Assembly: GCA_963763745.1 (NCBI GenBank)
Contig: CAVXQJ010000001.1
Coordinates: forward strand, 258,431 to 276,592
Origin: an uncultured delta proteobacterium
Lineage (GTDB): Bacteria; Myxococcota_A; Polyangia; Polyangiales; Polyangiaceae
DNA length: 18,162 nucleotides
Reading direction: 5' to 3'
Shown here piece after piece: positions 1 to 7,658 of the stretch. How positions within the stretch are numbered: position 1 is the stretch's first letter; every line of letters starts with the position of its first letter. Made by a program: the position numbers and the translations under genes. Under the pieces are notes generated by a model. It was not told where the DNA came from. It saw nothing but the letters and a program-made list of their open reading frames with translations, and made no database searches.

Positions 1-222
1 GCGCTCGGCGCCACGGCCGAAGAGGTCCCGCGCCACGTACACCTTCCGCTCGTGCGCGACTCGGCGGGCGCGCGCATCTCGAAGCGCACGGCGGGCGGAT
101 GCGTTCGCGCGCTCCGCGAAGGCGGCATCAGCGCACGCGAGATCCTCGAAGTGCTCGCGCGTTCGACGGACGGACGCGCGCCGCTCGTCGTGCCCGCGCA
201 GTGGGCTCGGTTTGGCGCTTAG
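1..222 (+). CDS. gluQ: 3' end (last ~73 codons) of a class-I glutamyl-tRNA synthetase family gene, most likely tRNA glutamyl-Q(34) synthetase (GluQRS); 5' end outside the window
   Basis: Frame 1 from nt 1 reads ALGATAEEVPRHVHLPLVRDSAGARISKRTAGGCVRALREGGISAREILEVLARSTDGRAPLVVPAQWARFGA*. HLPL followed by ISKR is the KMSKS-type signature region of GluRS/GluQRS. Only ~45 aa follow the motif, so there is no anticodon-binding domain, which fits GluQRS better than full GluRS. Stop TAG at 220-222. GC3-rich codon usage. Confidence 0.5.
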   Translation, partial: ALGATAEEVPRHVHLPLVRDSAGARISKRTAGGCVRALREGGISAREILEVLARSTDGRAPLVVPAQWARFGA

Positions 223-1406
223 GTTCGCAGCGCGAGCCACACGCCGACGCCGATGGCAGCCGCGATGACGAGCGCCCACACGAACACGGGCACGCCGCGC
301 GAGGTCTCGGGCTGAACGATGATGGATCCGGTCGTCGAATCGAGTGAGCGGCGCGACGGCGGTCTGCTCGAGGCATGCTTCGACGGCTCGGGCGCGGGAA
401 GCGTCGCTGCGTGGACCATGTCGTCGCTGTGCACGCGCACCATGGGCACGCCGCCGCTGGCGCCGGCCGCGACGCGCGATGGCTTCACCGCGTCGACGTC
501 TTCGGGCGTGGTGCGCGCCGCGGTGATCGCGAGCGCCATCGCGGCGGCAGTCGCGTAGCGATCGCGCGGGTCCTTTGCCATCGAGTGCATGACGACGGCT
601 TCGAGCGCAGGTGTGATCTCGCGGTCGGGTGCGCGCTTGCTTGGTGTGTCGGGATCCTGCGTGAGCTGCGCCGTGAGCACGTTGAGCGGCGTGTTCCCCG
701 TGAACGGAACGCCGCCGGTGAGAAGCTCGTAGAGGATGACGCCCACCGCGTAGACGTCGCATCGCGCGTCGAGCTCGTCGCCGCGTGCTTGCTCCGGCGC
801 CATGTACTCCGGCGTCCCGAACACCATGTTGTGCGCGGTGAGGCCCGTCGTTCCGGTGCCGCCGCCGGTCAGGATCTTCGCCATCCCGAAATCGACGACG
901 AACACTTCGTTTCCATTTTCGAGGATCACGTTCGCCGGCTTCAAATCGCGATGAATCACGCCTTGCGCGTGCGCGGACGCGAGCGCCGCACAAACTTGAA
1001 GCGCGATGTCGAGCGCGCGCTCGAGCGCGAGCGGGCCCTCTTCGCGGAGCAGCTGATCGAGCGGAGGACCCTCGATTTTCGGGAGCGCGATGTAGAGCAA
1101 GCTCGCGCCCTCGCCGCGTGGATCGGGGACCTCGCCGAAGTCGAGGATCGCGCCGAGGTGTGGTCCGCTGAGGCGGCTGAGGATCTTGGCTTCGCGCGTG
1201 AAGCGTCCGCGGATTTGTTTGTCGTAGAGGAGGTGACCGTGAATCACCTTGAGGGCGACGCGCTCGGCTTCCACGTTCGCGTCGCCTTCTTTCGGGATCG
1301 TCTTCGCTTCGTAGACGATGCCGGTGCCGCCCTCGCCGAGCACGCCGCACAGCTCGAAATTTCCGATGACGCGACCGGAGCTGAGCGGCGGCGCGGAAGC
1401 GCGCAT
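219..1406 (-). CDS. Hanks-type Ser/Thr protein kinase, C-terminally membrane-anchored (tail-anchored topology)
   Basis: Minus-strand ORF in the frame of 219..3080; the real start is probably the internal ATG at 1404-1406 (MRASAPPLSSGRVIGNFELCGVLGEGGTGIVYEAK...). Motifs: Gly-rich loop GEGGTG, VALK lysine, HRDLKPANVIL catalytic loop, DFGMAK, GTPEYMAPE. These are followed by a Pro/Ser-rich linker and a single C-terminal TM helix VFVWALVIAAAIGVGVWLAL 3 residues before the stop (TAA, overlapping the gluQ stop by 4 nt). The N-terminal 550 aa of the printed 953-aa ORF are Arg-rich, out of register with the LysM gene, and judged non-coding. Confidence 0.85.
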   Translation of the reverse strand: MRASAPPLSSGRVIGNFELCGVLGEGGTGIVYEAKTIPKEGDANVEAERVALKVIHGHLLYDKQIRGRFTREAKILSRLSGPHLGAILDFGEVPDPRGEGASLLYIALPKIEGPPLDQLLREEGPLALERALDIALQVCAALASAHAQGVIHRDLKPANVILENGNEVFVVDFGMAKILTGGGTGTTGLTAHNMVFGTPEYMAPEQARGDELDARCDVYAVGVILYELLTGGVPFTGNTPLNVLTAQLTQDPDTPSKRAPDREITPALEAVVMHSMAKDPRDRYATAAAMALAITAARTTPEDVDAVKPSRVAAGASGGVPMVRVHSDDMVHAATLPAPEPSKHASSRPPSRRSLDSTTGSIIVQPETSRGVPVFVWALVIAAAIGVGVWLALRT

Positions 1407-1453
1407 CGCCTTCGGTGTATCGACCGAAGCCACAACGGCGAAGGTATCCGAAG

Positions 1454-2368
1454 TCAGCGCGACCAGCGACACGCGTCGCGAATTTTCGGCGACACGTAAA
1501 TCGGATCGAGCGTGGCTGAGGTGTCTTGCTTGTGCCAGTCGTCGCAGGCGGTCGTCGCGAGAGCGCTCTGTTCGAGCGCGACGTACGCCTCGACCAGCGC
1601 GCGGTCGATCGACGCGATCTGCGCGCGCGCGAGCTCCGTCTGCGCGAGGAGGCGGTTGCCGCGCGCGACCGCGTCGATGTAGCGACCCGCGCGGACGTCC
1701 GCGAGCAGCATCGGGATCTCGCCGCCCGCCTTCCGCTGCTGCGCCATCGTCGAGCCACCGCTCTCGCGTTTGGCGCGCGTGTCCTCGCCCGCCGCTTCCG
1801 CGCGTCCCACATCGGTGAGGTCGAGGTTCGAAATCGGAACGAGCACGACCTCGCCACGGAGGAGCTTCCAATCTTTCTTCCCGTTGTACGAGTCGATCTC
1901 CCACGCGCGGTTCGCGTCGCCGAGGTAGCGCCGCGCGATGGCGGTCGTCGTGTCGCCTTCGGCGGCGATGTACGTCAGCACGTACGGCACGCGAATTTCT
2001 TGTCCGGGCGAGGGTGCGATCCACGCGAGCGCGTCGTTCACGCGTGCGAGCGCGTCCGCGCGTTTGTCGTCGCCGAGCCATTCGCGCGCGAGGCTCGGCC
2101 ACGTCGCGTGCTCGGCTGCGCGGTGATAGTCGCACGCGGGGATCTGCAGGTGCATGCCGGGCACGATCGCGCTGCCGCCTTGCACGTCGAGCGCGTTCGC
2201 GCCCGCGAGGAGCCCCTCTTTCGTCGCGTCGCCATAGATGTGCTTCGCGATGTCCGCGAGCGACTCTTTCGGCCGAACGACGTGAACGAACGCCTGCGCC
2301 TCGGGCGCGGACGAGGACTCGAGCGCGAGCGCGAGCGCGACGAACGAAAGCGCGTACCTCGGATTCAT
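1454..2368 (-). CDS. Secreted protein with two LysM-like peptidoglycan-binding domains and a C-terminal helical region
   Basis: In the frame of ORF 1454..2575; the likely start is ATG 2366-2368 (MNPRYALSFVALALALESSSAPEAQA, signal peptide). Two LysM-like segments: VHVVRPKESLADIAKHIYGDATKEGLLAGANALDVQGGSAIVPGMHLQIP and IRVPYVLTYIAAEGDTTTAIARRYLGDANRAWEIDSYNGKKDWKLLRGEVVLVPI. It ends 47 nt upstream of the kinase start, so co-transcription is likely. Confidence 0.65.
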   Translation of the reverse strand: MNPRYALSFVALALALESSSAPEAQAFVHVVRPKESLADIAKHIYGDATKEGLLAGANALDVQGGSAIVPGMHLQIPACDYHRAAEHATWPSLAREWLGDDKRADALARVNDALAWIAPSPGQEIRVPYVLTYIAAEGDTTTAIARRYLGDANRAWEIDSYNGKKDWKLLRGEVVLVPISNLDLTDVGRAEAAGEDTRAKRESGGSTMAQQRKAGGEIPMLLADVRAGRYIDAVARGNRLLAQTELARAQIASIDRALVEAYVALEQSALATTACDDWHKQDTSATLDPIYVSPKIRDACRWSR

Positions 2369-2393
2369 GCGCGGGATGATACGGTAGGAGGGA

Positions 2394-3059
2394 ATGAATT
2401 CGGCGGACTTCACCGCACAAGCCGTGCGCCTCCACGATCGATATTTGCTCGAGGTGGTGGAGCCGCTCGGTCTTTGTCCGTGGGCGCGGCGCGCGCGGCT
2501 CGATGGACGAACGCGCCAGCACGTCGTCCTCGACGACGCCGAAGACGCCGCGCGCGCGAACACGACGAAGATCATCGCGACGTGGGCGGCAAACGACGTC
2601 GTCGACGTCGGCTTCGTGATTTTCCCTCGCCTCGAAATCGCTCGCCCCGCGTTCGATCGCTTCGTCGCGAGCGTGACGGAGCACGAGTCGTCGATTCACG
2701 CCGTTGGCTCCGTGCCGTTCGTGATGGCCGCGTTCCATCCACGCGCGCGCGCCGACACGAACACGCCCGAGCGTCTCATCCCGTTTTTGCGGCGCACACC
2801 CGACCCGTGCATTCAGCTCGTGAGGTCGAAGGTGCTCGACGCCGTCCGCGCGAACACGCCGCAAGGCACGAGCTTCGTCGACGCCGCCACGTTCGACTTC
2901 GACGTCGAGGGTAAAAGCGCACGCGACGAAATCCCGCTGCGCGAGCGCATCGCGCGCGCGAACCTCTCCACGATCACGAAGCTCGGTTTGCCCGAGCTCG
3001 AACGCCTCCTCGACGACATCCGCGCCGACCGCGATCGCACGTACGCCGCGCTCACCTGA
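2394..3059 (+). CDS. Conserved hypothetical protein (CPWA-motif family, possibly DUF1415-like)
   Basis: 221-aa ORF with coding-like GC3 bias and no low-complexity Arg runs. Motifs LGLCPWARRARL and FVMAAFHP resemble a small conserved bacterial family I recall with a CPFA/CPWA motif; I cannot verify this without a search. It is divergent from the LysM gene (only 25 nt apart) and its 3' end overlaps the convergent FG-GAP gene by 8 nt. Confidence 0.6.
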   Translation: MNSADFTAQAVRLHDRYLLEVVEPLGLCPWARRARLDGRTRQHVVLDDAEDAARANTTKIIATWAANDVVDVGFVIFPRLEIARPAFDRFVASVTEHESSIHAVGSVPFVMAAFHPRARADTNTPERLIPFLRRTPDPCIQLVRSKVLDAVRANTPQGTSFVDAATFDFDVEGKSARDEIPLRERIARANLSTITKLGLPELERLLDDIRADRDRTYAALT

Positions 3060-4704
3060 ACGTGAACGCACCGCCAGCACCGCCCGCCGAAGCGTTGCTC
3101 GGATCGCCGTTGATGCCCGTCGCGTTGCTTGGGTCGCTCACGCCGCCGACGGCGAGCGCCGCGGCGTTGTTCGTGATCGCAACGCTCAACCCGAAATTGT
3201 CAGCGTGTGCGAACGACGATTTCACGTACGCCGTTTGTTGCCACACGCTCGCGACCGGCGTGAAGGTGTAGACGGCTCCGGCATTCGCGACCGACGTATC
3301 GCCTTGTCCGGGCGACGTGTTGTTGACGCCGGTCGCTGCGCTCGTCTCGCCCGTGCTGCCGACGGCCAGCGTGTTGCCGTCGACCGACAGCGAGACACTC
3401 GTGCCGAAGGCGGCCGATCCGCGTGTGTTTGACGACTTCACGTATGCGGCTTGTGTCCACGTCGAGCCCGCTCGCGTGAAGAGATACGCGGCGCCCGAGT
3501 TGTTCGCGCTCGTGTCGCCTTGTCCGGGGCTCGTGTTGTTCACGCCGGTTGCGCCGCTCGATTCTCCGGAGCTTCCGACGGCGAGCACCGTTCCGCCAAC
3601 GCCACCGAGCGCGACGCTCTTTCCGAAGAGCGCGTTGGTGCGCGTGTTCGACGCTTTGATGTACGCGGTCTGCGACCAGATGCTCGACGACTTCGTGAAG
3701 ACGTACGTCGCGCCCGCGAATGCCGCGGACATGTCGGTCGAGTTGATGCCGACGCCCGTGGCGCCGCTCGCTTCGCCCTCCGAGCCCACCGCGAGCTCGG
3801 TGCCGTCGTTCGAGAGCGCGACGCTCCACCCGAAGCGGCCACCCGCTTGCGTGTTCGAGGGCTTCACGTAGTGGGTCTGGGTCCAGTTGCCGCCGCTGTA
3901 TGCGTAAAGATAGGCCGCACCCGCGAAGGAGAAGTTCGCGTTGGCTGCTCCGCCGGAGCCCGTGGTCACGCCCGTGTCGGACGCCGTCTCGTCGATCGCG
4001 CCAACCGCGGCGGTGTTGCCGTCACCCGACATCGCGACGCTGTAACCGAACTGCGCGCTCTGCTGGATGTTCGATGCCTTGAACGGACCGTCGGTTTGCG
4101 ACCAAGTCTGGCTGAGACCGTTGCCGTTCGCGCTGAAAAAGTAGACAGCGCCCGATCCCACTTGGGTCGTGCTCTCGCCGCGCGCGCCGACGATCATGTG
4201 GCTCCCATCCGACGCTGATGCCGAAGTTCGCATTCGCCGTCGTGTTCGACGCTTTGATGTAGGCGATTTGAGACCACGCGTTGTTCACGCGCGTGAAGAC
4301 GTACACCGCGCCCGCTGCGGACTTGCTCGTGTCGCCTTGACCAGGGTTCGTGTTGTTCACGCCGGTCGCGCCGCTGGTCTCTTGCGACGAGCCGATCGCG
4401 AGCGTGTTGCCATCGGCCGAGATCGCGATGCTCTGTCCGAAGCCCGCGCCGGCGCGTGTGTTCGACGCCTTGATGTAAGCGTCGGCGACCGAAACGTGCG
4501 GTGGGGGTGCGGCGTCGGCGTCACCGCCGTCGTTGTTGCTTGATCCGTCCGTGCCCGAGTCGCTCGTCGTGACATCGGCGAGTGCCGTGTCCGAGGTTGC
4601 GTCGGCAGCGGCGTCAGGACCGGGCACGACACTCGTGTCGCCGACGCAGGCGCTCAGCGCACCACCAACAACCACGAGCGAAAGAAGAAATCGTTTGAAC
4701 GCCA
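3052..4704 (-). CDS. FG-GAP/integrin-alpha-like beta-propeller repeat lipoprotein (single gene split by an apparent 1-nt frameshift near 4215-4225; printed as ORFs 4022..4759 and 3052..4233)
   Basis: The start ATG at 4702-4704 is preceded by a perfect SD AGGAGG (4709-4714 on minus). It opens MAFKRFLLSLVVVGGALSAC with lipobox LSAC. It is followed by an Asp/Ser-rich linker, then at least 7 repeats of about 70 aa with consensus GAAYVFT..WSQ.AYIKASNT....FG.SVA.S.DGNTLAVGS..E.SGATGVNNTSPGQGDTS. The repeat phase continues exactly across the frame change: ..ANANFGISV in one frame, SDGSHMIVGARGE.. in the next. Nucleotide-level internal repeats occur at about 3290, 3520 and 4330. Confidence 0.75.
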
Positions 4705-4708
4705 TCCG

Positions 4709-4714
4709 TCCTCC
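4709..4714 (-). promoter_or_regulatory. Shine-Dalgarno AGGAGG for the FG-GAP lipoprotein gene
   Basis: On the minus strand aggaggACGGatg; a perfect SD 4 nt from the ATG at 4704. The printed (frameshifted) kinase ORF would read through it, which supports the corrected kinase stop at 4746. Confidence 0.6.
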
Positions 4715-6096
4715 TAAGTCACGAGCCAGCATCGACACCTTAACATCATTTCTCCGCAACGCTCGCGTCGCGGTCGCGATCGCCGCCGACGTCCATCGTC
4801 ACGTCGAGCGTCTCCGTCGCGCCCGCGGTGATCGACACGCGGCGCGTTTGAGGCGGCGCGGTCGGGTGCGTGAATTTCGACGAAGTGCACGCCGGGCGCG
4901 AGCGGGATCGCGCGCGCGACCGGCGTGACGGCTGCGCGCTGACCATCGATTGCGACCTCCGCCCACGGCGTCGCGAGGACGCGCAAGAAACCCGGCTTCG
5001 CGGGAAGAAGCGGACCCTCGGTCGCGGCGGACGCTTGCTCCGCGCTGCGATCGGTCGCGTGGATCACGGCGAGCGCGGACACGAGCGCCGCACCGAAGAG
5101 CGCGAAGCTCCATGGCGACATCGTCAGCGGACGGCGCGGCTCGCTCGCGCGCACGAGCGACGGCACTTCGCCCGACACCAAACGCGCCGACGCGAGCGCG
5201 CCTCGCACGAGCTGCCGCATCGGAAGCTCGGTGCGCGAACGCACGAACTCGGTGAGCTCCTCGGCGACCACGTCCGCGGACATCGGCCTGTCCGCTGGAT
5301 GCTTCTCGATGCAGCGCATGACGACGCGCTCGAGCGCGCGCGGAACGTCCGGCGCGCGCTGGCGCAGCTGCACGGCCGGGCTCGTTCGCGACGCGTGCGC
5401 GGGCGCGCGCTTCTCGCCGGGTCGATCGAACGGACGCACGCCGCACAAGAGTTGATACAAGACGACGCCGAGCGAGAAGAGATCGCTCGGCGCGCTCGCC
5501 GCTTCGCCGAGCAGCTGCTCCGGCGCCATGTACGCGGGCGTTCCGAACGCGCCGGGCTGCGCAGTTCCTCGTGCCGGCGTCTCGTTGTCGAACGCGGGGA
5601 TTGGCTCGTCCGCCGAAGGAAGCCGCTCGCGATGCGCGATGCTGAAGTCGACGATCTTCACCTCGCCTTGTCGCGACAAGATCACGTTCGCCGGTTTCAC
5701 GTCGCGATGAATCACGCCGCGCTCGTGCGCGTGCGCGAGCCCCTCCGCCACCGCCGCGCCGATCGCCGCGACCATCTCGGCGCGCAGCTTCGGCTTCTTC
5801 GCGAGGAGCTCCGAGAGCGAGAAGCCCGAGATGTACTCGAGCACGAGATACATCTGGGTCTCCGACTTCACGTAATCGAGGAGCAAGACGATGTTCGGAT
5901 GCGACAGTCCCGAGAGCACACGCGCTTCGCGTTCGAGCTGCGTCGCGAACGTCGATGACGGCGGGATCGTTCCCTTCAACGCTTTGATCGCGACCTTGCG
6001 ACCAAGCGGCTCTTGCGACGCGAGATACACCGTGGCGATCGCGCCCGAGCCGAGCTCGGAGATCGTTTCGTAGCTTCCGAATCGCGGCAGCTCCAT
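4714..6096 (-). CDS. Hanks-type Ser/Thr protein kinase with one TM helix and a C-terminal extracytoplasmic PEGA domain (3' end frameshifted; the corrected stop would be at 4746)
   Basis: MELPRFGSYETISELGSGAIATVY.., VAIKALK, HRDVKPANVIL, DFS (DFG variant), GTPAYMAPE. TM helix WSFALFGAALVSALAVIHA, then a PEGA-like segment PGFLRVLATPWAEVAIDGQRAAVTPVARAIPLAPGVHFVEI. At about 4873-4880 (aattt) the PEGA consensus continues in the +1 frame (THPTAPPQTRRVSITAGATETLDVTMDVGG.. stop at 4746), while the printed frame runs into an Arg-rich tail that overlaps the SD of the next gene. The start ATG (6094-6096) overlaps the gpmI stop in ATGA. Confidence 0.85.
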   Translation of the reverse strand: MELPRFGSYETISELGSGAIATVYLASQEPLGRKVAIKALKGTIPPSSTFATQLEREARVLSGLSHPNIVLLLDYVKSETQMYLVLEYISGFSLSELLAKKPKLRAEMVAAIGAAVAEGLAHAHERGVIHRDVKPANVILSRQGEVKIVDFSIAHRERLPSADEPIPAFDNETPARGTAQPGAFGTPAYMAPEQLLGEAASAPSDLFSLGVVLYQLLCGVRPFDRPGEKRAPAHASRTSPAVQLRQRAPDVPRALERVVMRCIEKHPADRPMSADVVAEELTEFVRSRTELPMRQLVRGALASARLVSGEVPSLVRASEPRRPLTMSPWSFALFGAALVSALAVIHATDRSAEQASAATEGPLLPAKPGFLRVLATPWAEVAIDGQRAAVTPVARAIPLAPGVHFVEIHAPDRAASNAPRVDHRGRDGDARRDDGRRRRSRPRRERCGEMMLRCRCWLVT

Positions 6097-7632
6097 CAGC
6101 GTGTGAGCAGCGGAATGCCCGTCATCGCGGCGGGCTGAGGAAGACCGAGGAGCGCGAGCATCGTCGGCGCGACGTCGCAGATGCGTCCGCCGCTTCGAAC
6201 GTGCGCGCCCGCGTCGGCGTCGTTGACGTAGAGGAGCGGCACGGGGTTCAGCGTGTGCGCGGTGTGCGGCTCGCCCGTCGCGGGATCTTTCATGAGCTCG
6301 CAGTTTCCGTGATCCGCCGTGATGATCACCGCGCCGCCTTTCTTCCGCGCTGCATCGACGATCGCGCCCACTTGCGCATCGACTGCTTCGACCGCGTGAA
6401 TCGCCGCGTCGAGCACGCCCGTGTGGCCCACCATGTCCGGGTTCGCGAAATTCACGAGCACGAAATCGAATCGATCCGATTCGATCGCGCGAACGACCGC
6501 TTCACCAACGCCCTTTGCGCTCATCTCGGGTTTCTTGTCGTACGTCGCGACGTCCTTCGGCGATGGGATCATCGCGCGCTCTTCGCCCGCGAACGGCTCC
6601 TCGCGACCGCCGTTGAAGAAGTACGTCACGTGCGCGTATTTCTCGGTCTCCGCGCAACGGAACTGCGTGAGCCCGGCGCGCGCAATCACTTCGGGGAAGA
6701 TGTCCGTGAACGTCTGTTTCGGAAACGCGATGGGCAAACCGAACGACGCGTCGTACGTCGTCATGCATCCATAGCGACCCGCGAACGGCGCGCCGGCATG
6801 GGGTGCGCGCGGGAAGCCGTCGAACTTTTCGATCGCGAGAGCGCGCGTGAGCTCGCGCGCACGGTCTGGACGAAAGTTGCAGTGCTGCGCGGAGTCCTTT
6901 CCGATCTCGACCCCCGCGTAATCGCCGACGACGAACGGCTCGACGAACTCGTCCGTCTTGCCCGCAGCGATCGACGCTTCGATTCCAGAAACCGCGCTCT
7001 CGTGGCGCGGGCCGAGCGCGAAGACGATCGCGTCGAATGCTTTTTGAACGCGCTCCCAACGGTTGTCGCGGTCCATCGCCCAGTAGCGCCCGCTCACCGT
7101 TCCGATTCGACCTTTTCCCGCGAGATGCTTCTCGAGCTCGGCGATGTACCTCGGCGCCGTCTTCGGTTGCACGTCGCGCCCGTCCAAAAATGCATGCATG
7201 ATGCAACTAACGCCGCGCGCGTGCGCCGCGTCGATGACGGCCATGATTTGCGTGAGGAGCGAGTGGACGCCGCCGTCGGAGCAGAGGCCGAAGAGGTGGA
7301 GCTTTCCGCCGCTCGCCTTGGCTTGCTCGATGCGATCCGAGAGGACCGCGTTCTTGCCGAGCGAGCCATCGAACACCGCGTTGTCGATGCGCGAGATGTC
7401 CATCATCGCGATGCGACCCGCGCCGAAGTTCAAGTGGCCGACTTCGCTGTTTCCCATTGGCCCGGCGGGAGGCCGACGTCGGGCCCGCTCGTGCCGATGA
7501 GCCCGTGCGGATTTTCGAGAAGAGCTCGGCGAGGCGCGGCGCCTTCGCGAGTCGCACGGCGTTGTCGGCCGCCTCGGCGCGCTCGCCGAAGCCGTCCAAA
7601 ATGACGAGCACGAGTGGCCGCGGACGTTTCAT
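6096..7632 (-). CDS. gpmI: 2,3-bisphosphoglycerate-independent phosphoglycerate mutase (iPGM); reading frame broken twice near the 5' end by 1-nt homopolymer deletions
   Basis: The N-terminus MKRPRPLVLVILDGFGERAEAADNAVRLAKAPRLAELFSK (ATG 7630-7632) is in the frame of ORF 7207..8733. The next conserved block NPHGLIGTSGPDVGLPPGQ is in a second frame. MGNSEVGHLNFGAGRIAMMD onwards is in the third frame (ORF 6096..7457) and runs through canonical iPGM motifs to the C-terminus (ITADHGNCE..). The junctions fall at the T-runs gattttcg (7511-7518) and cattgg (7455-7460). Confidence 0.9.
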
Positions 7633-7658
7633 CGCGGCGAAAATATCATCAATCGGCA

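Noticed and set aside
375-2914. Long plus-strand ORFs 375..1499 (374 aa) and 1526..2914 (462 aa), and the 550-aa N-terminal extension of ORF 219..3080
   Set aside because: They are antisense to, or out of register with, the kinase and LysM genes. They are dominated by Arg/Ala/Asp low-complexity sequence with no motifs. This is the typical GC-rich shadow ORF caused by rarity of stops at about 70% GC.
7440-7530. Programmed ribosomal frameshifting in gpmI
   Set aside because: Two compensating single-base shifts 55 nt apart at plain T-runs, with no slippery heptamer or downstream structure, plus similar breaks in unrelated genes, point to sequencing indels rather than recoding.
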